In this document: positions 29,215 through 41,534 of the stretch, piece after piece
Layout of the letters: each line of letters opens with the position of its first letter
Numbering within the stretch: the stretch's first letter is position 1
DNA from: Bacteroidota bacterium
GTDB lineage: Bacteria > Bacteroidota > Bacteroidia > Bacteroidales > GCA-2748055
Assembly: GCA_039714915.1 (NCBI GenBank)
Contig: JBDLIM010000006.1
Location: 7,230 to 71,229, forward strand
Length of the DNA: 64,000 nucleotides
Direction of reading: 5' to 3'
Made by a program: the position numbers and the translations under genes
Notes under the pieces: generated by a model
Database searches by the model: none
Told to the model about the DNA's origin: nothing
The model's input: the letters and a program-made list of their open reading frames with translations, nothing else

Positions 29215-32200
29215 ATGGATGTCGGAAAGATCATAGGAAAATTCCTGGGCAACAAGGCAGACAGGGATATGCGTGAGGTGATGCCTTTTGTGGACAAGAT
29301 CAAGGCCACCTATGAAACCATCAAGGATATTAGCAATGATGAGTTGCGTGAACGGTCTGCATCGCTTAAGCTCAAAGTGGCTGAATATGTGCAGGAGGAA
29401 AAAAACCGCCTGGATGAATTGAAATCAAAGGCAGAGGATCCCGACTTTCCCGTGACGGAAAAGGAGGCCATCTACAAGGAGATCGACAAGCTTGACGAAG
29501 ACATCGATGAAAAATATGAGGAGGTATTGAATGAGATCCTGCCTGAAGCATTTTCCCTGATCAAGGAAACTGCCAGGCGTTTCAAGGAGAATGAAGAGGT
29601 GGAGGTAAAAGCCCTCGATTACGACAGGACCCTGGCTGCCTCCAGGGAGTCTGTCGAGATTAAGGGAGACAAGGCCATCTGGCAGAATAAATGGATGGCC
29701 GGTGGAAATGAGATCACCTGGGACATGGTGCACTACGATGTTCAGCTCATCGGAGGGGTGGCTCTTCACAGCGGAAGAATTGCCGAGATGGCGACAGGTG
29801 AAGGGAAAACGCTTGTGGCCACGCTTCCTGTCTTTCTGAATGCACTTTCAGGAAAAGGGGTTCATTTGGTTACTGTGAATGATTACCTGGCCAAGCGTGA
29901 CTCAGAATGGATGGGTCCCATATACGAGTTTCACGGACTTACCGTGGATTGCATTGATAAGCACCAGCCTAGTTCGGAAGCCAGGAGGAAGGCCTACAAA
30001 TGTGATATCACCTTCGGAACCAATAACGAATTTGGCTTTGATTATTTGCGTGACAACATGGCGCATGCTCCGGGTGAACTGGTACAGCGCAAGCATAACT
30101 ATGCCATCGTGGATGAGGTGGATTCGGTTCTGGTGGACGATGCCCGTACCCCGCTGATCATCTCGGGTCCCGTTCCCAAAGGCGATAACCAGGAATTTGG
30201 AGAATACAAGCCCAAGGTGGAAAGACTGGTAAGCGTACAGCGGAATCTGGTTAATTCTGTGTTTACTGAGGCCCGGAAACTACTGGCGGAGGGAAACACG
30301 GAAAAAGCCGGATTCAAGCTTTTGCAGGCACATAAAGGATTACCCAAATACAAGCCCCTTATCAAGCTGTTGAGCGAGGAAGGAAATAAGTCCCTGCTGC
30401 TTAAAACTGAGAACCACTACATGCAGGAGCAGAGCAAGAACATGCACCTGGTAACCGACGATCTGTTTTTCATTATCGAGGAAAAGCTTAACTCGGTGGA
30501 ATTAACAGAGAAAGGAATTGACCTGATCACCGGAGATTCCGACGATCCGGCATTTTTCATTCTTCCGGACATAGGTTCGGAGGTTGCAGAAATTGAAAAG
30601 TCTGACATACCCGATAAGAAAAAGCTGGAGGTGAAGGATAAGATGCTCCAGGATTACGCAGTCAAATCAGAACGGATCCATACCGTCAACCAGCTGCTTA
30701 AAGCCTATTCCATGTTCGAGAAAGAGGTGGAATATGTGGTGATGGAGAACAAGGTCAAGATCGTCGATGAGCAGACAGGACGTATTATGGAGGGACGAAG
30801 GTACAGCGACGGGCTTCACCAGGCCATTGAGGCCAAAGAGAATGTAAAGGTGGAAGCAGCCACCCAGACCTGGGCCACCATCACCCTTCAGAACTATTTC
30901 CGTATGTACCACAAGCTGGCCGGCATGACCGGTACGGCCGAGACAGAAGCAGGTGAATTATGGGATATTTACAAGCTGGATGTGATGGTCATACCCACCA
31001 ACCGGCCTATCGTGCGTGACGACCGGGAGGATTTGGTTTACAAGACCAAACGTGAAAAATACAATGCAGTAATTGATGAACTGGTCAGGCTGAATAAGGC
31101 AGGCAGGCCCTCCCTGGTAGGAACCACCACCGTTGAAGTTTCCGAGCTTCTCTCCAAGATGCTTAAGATCCGGAAGATCAATCACAATGTACTGAATGCC
31201 AAACTGCACCAGCGCGAGGCCGAAGTGGTGGCCCAGGCAGGAAAAGCAGGTACAGTGACTATCGCCACAAACATGGCCGGCAGGGGAACCGATATCAAGC
31301 TCTCCAACCAGGTGAAGACGGACGGGGGACTGGCCATTATCGGTACGGAACGGCATGAATCAAGACGGGTGGACCGGCAGTTGCGGGGACGTTCCGGAAG
31401 GCAGGGCGATCCGGGCTCTTCTCAGTTCTATGTTTCCCTGGAAGACGACCTGATGCGACTTTTCGGATCGGATCGCATTGCCGGGATGATGGATAAGCTG
31501 GGTTTAAAGGAAGGCGAGGAGATACAACACTCCATGATTACCAAATCCATCGAAAGGGCACAGAAAAAAGTGGAGGAGAATAACTTCGGGATCAGGAAGA
31601 ACCTGCTGGAGTACGACGACGTGATGAACTCCCAGCGTGAGGTGATCTACAAGCGAAGGAAACATGCTCTTTTTGGAGAACGCATTGGCCTGGATATAGC
31701 CAATATGATGTACGATGTAACCGAGAGCATTGTAGACTCATTTCACACCAGCGGGGATTACGATGGATTTAAGCTGGAGTTGATCCGCTACTTCTCTATA
31801 GAGTCACCGGTTTCGGAGGAGGAGTTTAAACGGATGAACAGCAATGAGCTGGTGGATAAGATCTATGAGATCCTGTTGGAAGCGTACAAGCGCAAACAGG
31901 AAAGCATTTCCGAGCAGGCCATGCCCGTCATTAACCAGGTATACGAACATCAGCGCCAGGTGTACGAAAATATTGTGGTTCCTGTTTCAGACGGAACCAG
32001 GATATTCCAGGTCCTGGCCAACCTGGAAAAATGCCATGTTTCAGAAGGAAAGGAACTGGTCCGCTCCTATGAAAAAAGCATTATTCTGGCCACCATCGAC
32101 CAGCTCTGGCAGGAACATCTCCGTGAGCTGGACGACCTGAGGCAGTCGGTCCGAAACGCCCAGTACGAACAAAAGGATCCCCTGCTGATCTATAAGTTTG

Positions 32201-32526
32201 AGGCTTTTGAACTGTTTACAGCCATGATCGATAAAGTGAACAGGGATGTGGTAGCCACCCTGATGAAAGCCCATATACCCCTCAAAGATCCAAACAGTGT
32301 AAAACGCGCGGAAGCTCCTAAAAAAATGGACCTGAGTAAATTTGAGGCCAATAAGGACGACATGACCAGCTACAACGATCCTTCAGGAGGAGGGAAAGGA
32401 AAAGATGGTCGCACTCAGGCTCAGCAGCCAGTGAGGGTAGAAAAGAAAGTGGGCCGGAATGAGCCCTGCCCCTGCGGAAGCGGGAAAAAATATAAAAACT
32501 GTCACGGCAAACCGGGCGGAGCCTGA
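29215..32526 (+). CDS. secA: Preprotein translocase ATPase SecA
   Basis: 1103-aa ORF. DEAD-like motor motifs ([25 protein letters not shown]) and the C-terminal zinc-binding tail [14 protein letters not shown]. Confidence 0.98.
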   Translation: MDVGKIIGKFLGNKADRDMREVMPFVDKIKATYETIKDISNDELRERSASLKLKVAEYVQEEKNRLDELKSKAEDPDFPVTEKEAIYKEIDKLDEDIDEKYEEVLNEILPEAFSLIKETARRFKENEEVEVKALDYDRTLAASRESVEIKGDKAIWQNKWMAGGNEITWDMVHYDVQLIGGVALHSGRIAEMATGEGKTLVATLPVFLNALSGKGVHLVTVNDYLAKRDSEWMGPIYEFHGLTVDCIDKHQPSSEARRKAYKCDITFGTNNEFGFDYLRDNMAHAPGELVQRKHNYAIVDEVDSVLVDDARTPLIISGPVPKGDNQEFGEYKPKVERLVSVQRNLVNSVFTEARKLLAEGNTEKAGFKLLQAHKGLPKYKPLIKLLSEEGNKSLLLKTENHYMQEQSKNMHLVTDDLFFIIEEKLNSVELTEKGIDLITGDSDDPAFFILPDIGSEVAEIEKSDIPDKKKLEVKDKMLQDYAVKSERIHTVNQLLKAYSMFEKEVEYVVMENKVKIVDEQTGRIMEGRRYSDGLHQAIEAKENVKVEAATQTWATITLQNYFRMYHKLAGMTGTAETEAGELWDIYKLDVMVIPTNRPIVRDDREDLVYKTKREKYNAVIDELVRLNKAGRPSLVGTTTVEVSELLSKMLKIRKINHNVLNAKLHQREAEVVAQAGKAGTVTIATNMAGRGTDIKLSNQVKTDGGLAIIGTERHESRRVDRQLRGRSGRQGDPGSSQFYVSLEDDLMRLFGSDRIAGMMDKLGLKEGEEIQHSMITKSIERAQKKVEENNFGIRKNLLEYDDVMNSQREVIYKRRKHALFGERIGLDIANMMYDVTESIVDSFHTSGDYDGFKLELIRYFSIESPVSEEEFKRMNSNELVDKIYEILLEAYKRKQESISEQAMPVINQVYEHQRQVYENIVVPVSDGTRIFQVLANLEKCHVSEGKELVRSYEKSIILATIDQLWQEHLRELDDLRQSVRNAQYEQKDPLLIYKFEAFELFTAMIDKVNRDVVATLMKAHIPLKDPNSVKRAEAPKKMDLSKFEANKDDMTSYNDPSGGGKGKDGRTQAQQPVRVEKKVGRNEPCPCGSGKKYKNCHGKPGGA

Positions 32527-32530
32527 TGAT

Positions 32531-33421
32531 CTAGGTGAGTTTTTTATCCAATCCTGCTATTTCCTGGTAAAGAGGGGTGGTAGCCGGAATCAATGGCAGT
32601 CGCAGCACATTTTTGATCCGGCCCTGGATCTCCATGGATGCTTTTACACCGGCAGGGTTTCCTTGCTTAAATATGGCTTTCATCATGGGAAACAACCTGT
32701 AATGAAGTTCACGGGCCTTCGGGTAATTCCCGTCGAGGGCCGCATTCACCAGTTCGGACATTAATCCCGGATACGCATTGCCTATTACGCTTACCACGCC
32801 ATCCCCGCCCAGGGAGATCATGGGCAGGGTAATGGAATCATCGCCCGATACCACCAGGAAGCCCTCAGGCCTGTCGCTGATAATTTCCGTCAGCTGTTCA
32901 AAGTTCCCGGATGCTTCTTTCACAGCCACAATGGTGCCGGCAAAGTCATGGGCCAGCCTGAGCGTAGTCTCAGAAGTCATGTTGGAACCGGTTCGGCCGG
33001 GAACATTGTATAACATTACAGGCAAATCGCTCACTGCTGCAATGGCAGAGAAATGTTGGTAAATCCCCTCCTGGCCAGGTTTATTGTAATAGGGAGAGAC
33101 ACTTAGTATTCCATCCACTCCCGGTTGATTCATTTTTTTCACTTGCTCCACCGTCGACCTGGTGTCGTTACCCCCTGCACCTGCCAGAACCGGAATCCTT
33201 TTGCCGCAGGCTTCCACCACACATTGTATTACATCCGACTTTTCATCTGGTGAGAGGGTAGGAGTCTCAGCTGTGGTGCCAAGAACCACCAGGTTGTTGA
33301 TTCCTTTGTGGATGAGCCTGTCTGTAAGCAGGGAAAGATTATCAAAATCAATATCTCCATTCTGCATGAAAGGAGTCACCATGGCAACACCTGTTCCTTT
33401 GAATTGATTCACTAAAGCCAT
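32531..33421 (-). CDS. dapA: 4-hydroxy-tetrahydrodipicolinate synthase
   Basis: 296-aa ORF. GTG.A.VTPF, GTTGE, YNVP.RT and the active-site Lys region (VAVKEASG). Confidence 0.95.
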   Translation of the reverse strand: MALVNQFKGTGVAMVTPFMQNGDIDFDNLSLLTDRLIHKGINNLVVLGTTAETPTLSPDEKSDVIQCVVEACGKRIPVLAGAGGNDTRSTVEQVKKMNQPGVDGILSVSPYYNKPGQEGIYQHFSAIAAVSDLPVMLYNVPGRTGSNMTSETTLRLAHDFAGTIVAVKEASGNFEQLTEIISDRPEGFLVVSGDDSITLPMISLGGDGVVSVIGNAYPGLMSELVNAALDGNYPKARELHYRLFPMMKAIFKQGNPAGVKASMEIQGRIKNVLRLPLIPATTPLYQEIAGLDKKLT

Positions 33422-33429
33422 TGCACGGA

Positions 33430-33969
33430 TTAATTTGAAGGATTTAACATGGATACGTAATGCTTGATCTGTTCACACAGGTATCCTACATCGTGTTGAT
33501 CTGTAAGCTTGATCATTAAATCGTAATCATTTTCCTGATCCGTGAAAGAGCTGATCTTAAACTGTGCTTTTGAAAGCTTTACCAGGAATTGCAGTTCAAG
33601 GGTATCTTTCATGCTCAGATCAAACAATATATCCGGATTCCGGGAATAGAACTCATCTGCCACTTCCCCCGTGGGTTTCAGATACCAGTTCAGGTCACCT
33701 TTGGTGATAAATGAAAAGCTTTTCTGAAATAGCATCTCCTGGGGTATTTCCTTCAGCTGGACACAGCCATAAGATTTACACTGAATGCCTTTGCTTTCCA
33801 CAAATTTACGGAAGTCTTTAATAAGCGGAAAGGAAGCAGCTTCGTTTGCATCAAACAGGATTACAGCCGATTTCGCTGTTTCAAAATTATGAACGTGCAC
33901 TTGACGTTCAAAGTCCTTTAGCTTTTTCTTCAGCACCCGCTTTCCTATGGTTTCTTTTAGTCGGGACAT
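33430..33969 (-). CDS. Conserved hypothetical protein
   Basis: Start placed at MSRLKETIGK... (internal Met of the 189-aa ORF). Coding-like composition, no motif recognised. Sits between ligA and dapA on the same strand. Confidence 0.45.
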   Translation of the reverse strand: MSRLKETIGKRVLKKKLKDFERQVHVHNFETAKSAVILFDANEAASFPLIKDFRKFVESKGIQCKSYGCVQLKEIPQEMLFQKSFSFITKGDLNWYLKPTGEVADEFYSRNPDILFDLSMKDTLELQFLVKLSKAQFKISSFTDQENDYDLMIKLTDQHDVGYLCEQIKHYVSMLNPSN

Positions 33970-34017
33970 TACTCGAACAAAAATACAATTAAAAATCAAT
34001 TAGCGAGAATCACAGGA

Positions 34018-36030
<2,013 letters not shown>

Positions 36031-36113
36031 TTAAACAAAAGTAAAAAATATTTCTCCTTTAGCTTTTATTCTCTACTTTTAGGCAAATCCCGAAAGCTAC
36101 CGGAGTAAATATA

Positions 36114-37814
36114 ATGAGTGTTAGAAACAGAAACAAAGAGCTGCTGCTGGTCATCCTTTTTTTCACAGGAATGGTTTCTGCGGGTGCCCAGGTGGAGTTT
36201 CCGGGTAAGCCCGTGGGGATTAACAGGCAGCTGAAGGCCGCGGAGCTGATGTATGTATTGCCACCCCTGAATCCCCTGGAGCTGGAAGCTGCTATTCAGG
36301 AAAACAGCTCCAGCACCTTAAAACCATTTCATTTTGCGCTGGAGCGGACTGTGGACCTGAGGCCTGAATCGCATGGTTCCTGGGATATGGAGGGAAATGT
36401 CCGGATCTGGCGGATACATATTCTTTCTCCTGAAGCTCGTTCTATGGGACTGGTTTTTAACACCTACAGGCTTGAGCCCGGGGTAAAGGTATTTATCTAT
36501 GATCCGGATATGAAGCAGGTGAAGGGAGCCTTTACTTCCGGAAATAATAAAGTCTCCGGCATCCTTCCTGTTGGTCATGTCCCGGGTGAGGAGTTGATTG
36601 TGGAAATGCAGGTTCCTTCCGGCCTGGAGAATTACGGGATATTGAGGATTGAATCAATCTCACACGCTTATAAAGATGTGGGACAGATGTTGAAGGACAA
36701 ACCACCTGCTGGGTCTTTTGGAGGTGCTGACGCATGTAATATCGATATAAACTGTTCTGAGGGAAATAACTGGCAACTGACCAAAAGATCGGTGGTCAGA
36801 ATATTTACCACCAGGCAGTATTGCACCGGAGTTCTTATTAACAACACCTCATACGATGGCACACCCTATATCCTGACTGCCGAGCATTGCCTGAACAAAC
36901 AATACTATGCCGATCGTACGGTATTTCAATTCAATTATGAAAGCCCCACTTGTTTCGGTCCGGATGGTCCCCTGAATATGTCCATCTCAGCTGCTGAACT
37001 TATTTCTGTGGGCGATAGCATCGACTTCAGTCTGGTAAAACTGTCGCTGACCCCACCCGAAAATTTTGATGTCTATTATGCCGGATGGGACCGCTCGGAT
37101 TTTCAAACAACAGCGAGCAAAACCATACATCATCCCTGGGGCGATGTAAAAAAAATATCTTCCGATTATGAAGCTCCGTCCAAACCTGCTCAGCCTGGCG
37201 ATGTTCCCTATAGCGACCTGGATGATTACCACTATTATTCCTTCTGGTGGATAAGGGGATGGGATGAAGGCTCCACAGAAGGGGGATCTTCAGGCGGCCC
37301 CCTGTTTAATGCCGGCCAGAAAGTGATCGGCACCTTAAGCGGAGGCTTTGCCAGGTGCGGGGATTCCATAGATTATGATTATGAGAAAGACCGGGTGATC
37401 TATAGCAAAGCTCTCAACTACGACGATTACTATACCCGTATGAGCATGTCCTGGGATTATGAGGAGGAAAAGGGATTTTCCCTGAAACCCTGGCTGGATC
37501 CGGGCAATACGGGACATGAAGTAGTAGATGGATATGAGCCCGTTGGTATTGGGCCCGAACTTAAAGTTTCAAATACTCACTTTACCCTCTTTCCCAACCC
37601 TGTTGGAAATGAACTCCATATTGCCAATGTGGATTATCTGCCCGGTCCTGTGAACTATACCATCTATAGTCTTTCGGGAGCACCTGTCCTTTCCGGAAAA
37701 CTGGATGGAGTGTCGGAACCCATCCCCACCGTTGTGCTGCCCGATGGCCTGTACGTGATCCGGATAGCCAATTCCGGATTCATGGAGCACCTCAAGTTTA
37801 TAGTTGCCCGATGA
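36114..37814 (+). CDS. Secreted trypsin-like (S1, lysyl-endopeptidase-like) serine protease with T9SS C-terminal sorting domain
   Basis: 566-aa ORF with signal peptide. Catalytic His in TAEHC and Ser in GGSSGGPLF. The last ~80 aa (FTLFPNPVGNELHI...YTIYSLSG...GLYVIRI) match the Por/T9SS type-A CTD pattern. Confidence 0.8.
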   Translation: MSVRNRNKELLLVILFFTGMVSAGAQVEFPGKPVGINRQLKAAELMYVLPPLNPLELEAAIQENSSSTLKPFHFALERTVDLRPESHGSWDMEGNVRIWRIHILSPEARSMGLVFNTYRLEPGVKVFIYDPDMKQVKGAFTSGNNKVSGILPVGHVPGEELIVEMQVPSGLENYGILRIESISHAYKDVGQMLKDKPPAGSFGGADACNIDINCSEGNNWQLTKRSVVRIFTTRQYCTGVLINNTSYDGTPYILTAEHCLNKQYYADRTVFQFNYESPTCFGPDGPLNMSISAAELISVGDSIDFSLVKLSLTPPENFDVYYAGWDRSDFQTTASKTIHHPWGDVKKISSDYEAPSKPAQPGDVPYSDLDDYHYYSFWWIRGWDEGSTEGGSSGGPLFNAGQKVIGTLSGGFARCGDSIDYDYEKDRVIYSKALNYDDYYTRMSMSWDYEEEKGFSLKPWLDPGNTGHEVVDGYEPVGIGPELKVSNTHFTLFPNPVGNELHIANVDYLPGPVNYTIYSLSGAPVLSGKLDGVSEPIPTVVLPDGLYVIRIANSGFMEHLKFIVAR

Positions 37815-38950
37815 AACGAAGGACCTGCTACCTGATAGCACTGTTGGTGATCGCCGCCTGCCACAGGAATCCTGCCCCTGAAAATACAGGGGCTGCAATG
37901 GGCGATTCCTATGCCTTATATGCCTCGGGCTTTGATGTGGATGCCTATGGAACCTTCAGAATCCTGCATGTGTATAATCCCTGGCAAAACAGCAAAGGAG
38001 TGACCTTTTCCTATGTACTTGCTGAGGATCCTGCCCTGGTACCGGATTCCCTCCAACACCTGGTATATATAAAAACGCCGGTGAACCGTGTAATCACACT
38101 ATCAACCACACATGTGGCCATGATAGATCAACTGGGCGAGGAACAGTCGATCAAAGGAGTTTCAGGGACCGGATTTATTTTTAATGAGAGGCTCAGGAAG
38201 AGAATTGCCGATGGGGAGGTAAAAGATGTGGGTTATGACCAGGGCCTTAGCTATGAAAGCATAGTGGGGCTCAGGCCGGATGTTCTTTTTATGTACGGAG
38301 TGGAGGGAAGCGTGATGGCCACTTCAGAGAAACTTGCCGAATTGAAGGTCCCTGTGGTTTTCTGTGGCGACTACCTGGAAGCACACCCCCTGGGGAAAGC
38401 CGAATGGATCAGGTTTTTTTCTCTGTTCTATGAGCGGGAAAAAGAGGCCGGTCATTTTTTCAAGCGCATCGACTCCCTTTATAATGCTCATAAATCACTT
38501 GCAGAGAATGCAGCTCAGAAACCACTGGTACTTACGGGATTACCCTGGAAGGACACCTGGTACATGGCAGGAGGAAAGAGTTTTGCATCCCGCTTCATAG
38601 CCGATGCTGGCGGACAATATCTATGGGCCGACCATCCCTCCGGCCAGGCAGTCCCCATGGATCTGGAATCGGTCTATTCAAGAGCCGTGAATGCCGAGAT
38701 ATGGATTAATCCGGGGGCGGCTTCCTCCCTGGATAATATAAGGGATTTTGACGAACGGTTTAAAGAGCTGGGAGTTGTTCAGACAGGCATGGTCTATAAT
38801 AACAACGCACGGATTAATGCTTCCGGAGGCAATGATTACTGGGAGTCAGGAGCTGTTCGCCCCGACCTGGTCCTGTATGATCTGATTGAAGTGTTTCATC
38901 CTGATTTATTGACAGATCATCGGCTAATTTATTACAGGCAATTGAAATAA
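37811..38950 (+). CDS. ABC importer substrate-binding lipoprotein (BtuF/FecB, Peripla_BP_2-like)
   Basis: 379-aa ORF. Lipobox LLVIAAC. ...RVITLSTTHVAMIDQLG... and ...RPDVLFMYG... are typical of iron-siderophore/cobalamin/haem binding proteins. ATGA overlap with the protease gene. Confidence 0.8.
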   Translation: MKRRTCYLIALLVIAACHRNPAPENTGAAMGDSYALYASGFDVDAYGTFRILHVYNPWQNSKGVTFSYVLAEDPALVPDSLQHLVYIKTPVNRVITLSTTHVAMIDQLGEEQSIKGVSGTGFIFNERLRKRIADGEVKDVGYDQGLSYESIVGLRPDVLFMYGVEGSVMATSEKLAELKVPVVFCGDYLEAHPLGKAEWIRFFSLFYEREKEAGHFFKRIDSLYNAHKSLAENAAQKPLVLTGLPWKDTWYMAGGKSFASRFIADAGGQYLWADHPSGQAVPMDLESVYSRAVNAEIWINPGAASSLDNIRDFDERFKELGVVQTGMVYNNNARINASGGNDYWESGAVRPDLVLYDLIEVFHPDLLTDHRLIYYRQLK

Positions 38951-38984
38951 TCCTTACTTTTGAGAATAATCAACACCACGATCC

Positions 38985-39257
38985 ATGGCTAGCATCAGGC
39001 TCTTGAAGAAGGACATTAATAAACTTGCATTTGATTTACTACAGGAGTGTTTCTCCTACAGGCATTATTCTCCGGAACTTTCTGAAGACCGTTTTGATGA
39101 TGTGATTAAAAAGCTTGTTTTACTTCGAAATGACCTGATTCTGCGCACCAATCATCCTGAGACTGATGCCGATTCCTCCACATTAAAGACCCATTATAAA
39201 CAGGTGCAGCTGGATTTGCTGAAATTGGCAGAGGTCGTCGAGGATCTAAAGAAATAA
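38985..39257 (+). CDS. Small helical hypothetical protein inside the ABC operon
   Basis: 90-aa ORF with no signal peptide or TM segment and charged helical composition. 34 nt after the binding-protein gene and 3 nt before the permease GTG. Confidence 0.4.
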   Translation: MASIRLLKKDINKLAFDLLQECFSYRHYSPELSEDRFDDVIKKLVLLRNDLILRTNHPETDADSSTLKTHYKQVQLDLLKLAEVVEDLKK

Positions 39258-39260
39258 GGT

Positions 39261-40277
39261 GTGAAGCTTCGTTCCGGTAGTTTATTGATTCTGGCTCTCC
39301 TTTTACTCTTGCTTTTTGCCCTGGCCTTACTGGATATCAGGCTGGGAAGTGTGGCTATTACCTTCAGAGAGATGGCCGGACACCTGTTGGGATCATCCCC
39401 CCTTTCCGATCAACAGTTGCTCATACTGGCTAAATTCAGGCTCCCCAGGCTGGCTACAGCCTTATTAGCCGGTGCTGCCCTTCCGGTATGCGGACTGCAG
39501 ATGCAAACCCTGTTTCGAAATCCTCTGGCCGGTCCTTATGTACTCGGAATAAGCTCAGGTGCCAGTTTTGGTGCGGCACTGGTGGTTCTTGGAGCAGGTG
39601 CAACAGGTATTGTAGCCACCTGGAGCCTGGCCATTGCAGCCTGGACAGGCGCTGGTATTGTGATGCTTTTATTGCTCTTTGTTTCTTTCAGAATCAAAGA
39701 TGTGATGACCATTTTAATCCTGGGGATCATGTTTTCAAGCGGATTGGCAGCAATCATCAGTATCATGCAGTATTTCAGCCAGGCTGCTGCGCTTAAGTCC
39801 TTTGTGATCTGGAGCATGGGGAGTCTTGGAAATGTAACCGGAGCTCAGTTGCTTATTATGACCTGGGCCATTTTGCCTCTGCTGCTTCTCACATTCGCCT
39901 ATTCGAAAACCCTGAATGGACTGATGCTGGGGGAGGAGTATGCAATTACCCTGGGAATCCGTATCCGGCGTACCAGGATCATCATATTTGCAGTGACCAG
40001 CATCCTGGCAGGAACGGTCACGGCCTTTTGCGGTCCCATCGGATTTATCGGGATTGCCGTTCCCCACATTGCCCGCTTTCTTTTTAACCGGTCCGACCAC
40101 CGGATCCTGCTTCCGGCCACCATGTTGACCGGAATGCTCGTTATGGTTTTCAGTGATATCGTTTCCCAGTTGCCTGGTACAGACCGGATTCTTCCCATCA
40201 ATGCAGTCACTTCACTTATCGGGATTCCCATCGTGATCTGGCTTGTGATTATGAACCGGAAAGCCCATTCTCTCTGA
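39261..40277 (+). CDS. FecCD/BtuC-family ABC importer permease
   Basis: 338-aa ORF (GTG start) with ~9-10 TM helices. FRNPLAGPYVLGISSGA and LLGEEYA..LG motifs match the FecCD family. Confidence 0.9.
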   Translation: MKLRSGSLLILALLLLLLFALALLDIRLGSVAITFREMAGHLLGSSPLSDQQLLILAKFRLPRLATALLAGAALPVCGLQMQTLFRNPLAGPYVLGISSGASFGAALVVLGAGATGIVATWSLAIAAWTGAGIVMLLLLFVSFRIKDVMTILILGIMFSSGLAAIISIMQYFSQAAALKSFVIWSMGSLGNVTGAQLLIMTWAILPLLLLTFAYSKTLNGLMLGEEYAITLGIRIRRTRIIIFAVTSILAGTVTAFCGPIGFIGIAVPHIARFLFNRSDHRILLPATMLTGMLVMVFSDIVSQLPGTDRILPINAVTSLIGIPIVIWLVIMNRKAHSL

Positions 40278-41281
40278 TGTCTGAAAATAGAAGCACAAAT
40301 ATAATCTCACTCAGGGACCTGGCCATTGGTCATGTGAAGAACCAGCCGCTTCTGAGGGACATCAATCTTACAGTACGAACAGGCGAGATGGTGGCCTTAA
40401 TCGGAAGGAACGGAACCGGGAAAAGTACCCTGTTGAAATCCATGATCGGCTTATTACCCCTGATAAGTGGATCCTGTTTCCTGGATGGAGCCGGCCTGGA
40501 AACTTATGACCTCAGGCTCAGGGCAAGGAAGCTGAGTTATGTATCTTCCCATTTTTCTCACTTGCCATCCATTTCTGTGAGGGAAGTGGTTTCCCTGGGC
40601 AGGATGCCTTTTACCGGATTCACAGGGCGTTTGACAGGGCAGGATCAAATACGCATTGAAAGGGCACTGGAAGAGGTCCGGATGAGTTCTTTTGCAGAAC
40701 GGAAGCTGGAGCACCTGAGTGATGGAGAAAGGCAGCGCAGCATGATTGCCAGGGCCCTTGCACAGGACACTCCATTGATGGTACTTGACGAACCCACAGC
40801 TTTCCTGGATATTCCTAATAAATATGATTTGATTCAGCTGCTGAGCGGATTCCGTGATCAGGGAAAATCCATAGTATATTCTACCCATGACCTGGATACA
40901 GCCATGCACTGTGCAGATAAGATCTGGGTGATATACCAGGATAAGATTCTGGAAGGAGCTCCGGAAGACCTGGGTATTTCGGGTCTTTTCGATGTGCTTT
41001 TTGCAAGCGAGGGAGTTAAATATGATCAGCTGTCCATGCGCTTCAGATATGCTGCTGCCTCTAAAGGATCCGTCAAACTGGATGGAGGGGAGGGAAAGGA
41101 GCTTCTATGGACCAGAAGTGCCATAGAAAGGCTGGGTTTTCAGCTTGATGATTCGGGATCAATTCACATAAAGGTGCAAGAGACAGGACCGGCCACCTCG
41201 TGGGTGCTTAAGAAGGAGGGGCAAAGCCATGAATTTCAAAACCTATACAATCTGGCCCGATTCTTGAATCACATCGATTAA
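40277..41281 (+). CDS. ABC importer ATP-binding protein (FepC/BtuD-like) with ~90-aa C-terminal extension
   Basis: 334-aa ORF. Walker A GRNGTGKST, signature LSDGERQR, Walker B LMVLDEP, H-loop STHD. TGATG overlap with the permease. Confidence 0.9.
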   Translation: MSENRSTNIISLRDLAIGHVKNQPLLRDINLTVRTGEMVALIGRNGTGKSTLLKSMIGLLPLISGSCFLDGAGLETYDLRLRARKLSYVSSHFSHLPSISVREVVSLGRMPFTGFTGRLTGQDQIRIERALEEVRMSSFAERKLEHLSDGERQRSMIARALAQDTPLMVLDEPTAFLDIPNKYDLIQLLSGFRDQGKSIVYSTHDLDTAMHCADKIWVIYQDKILEGAPEDLGISGLFDVLFASEGVKYDQLSMRFRYAAASKGSVKLDGGEGKELLWTRSAIERLGFQLDDSGSIHIKVQETGPATSWVLKKEGQSHEFQNLYNLARFLNHID

Positions 41282-41318
41282 TTCAGTAATTTGAAGTAGT
41301 TAACTAAAACTCATTGTA

Positions 41319-41534
41319 ATGAAAGTAAAAAAGATCATTGCCTATACTTTGTCCGTGCTGGTGCTGCTGTTTAGCATTGTGGCAATCCTCGGAATTTGGG
41401 AAGTGGTGAACATAGAAGATCTGATTGCCCGAATGTTCAAATCGTTGATGGTCATCCTTGCTGCTGCTGCAGTAGTAGTTCTGATCTTTTCCATACTGGA
41501 CAGACCGGAACGCAGGGATGAGAGAGAAAGCTAA
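41319..41534 (+). CDS. Small two-TM membrane protein (hypothetical)
   Basis: 71-aa ORF with two hydrophobic helices and a charged tail. Preceded by the A/C-rich leader AACTAAAACTC. Its stop codon overlaps the stop of the convergent glycosyltransferase gene. Confidence 0.45.
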   Translation: MKVKKIIAYTLSVLVLLFSIVAILGIWEVVNIEDLIARMFKSLMVILAAAAVVVLIFSILDRPERRDERES

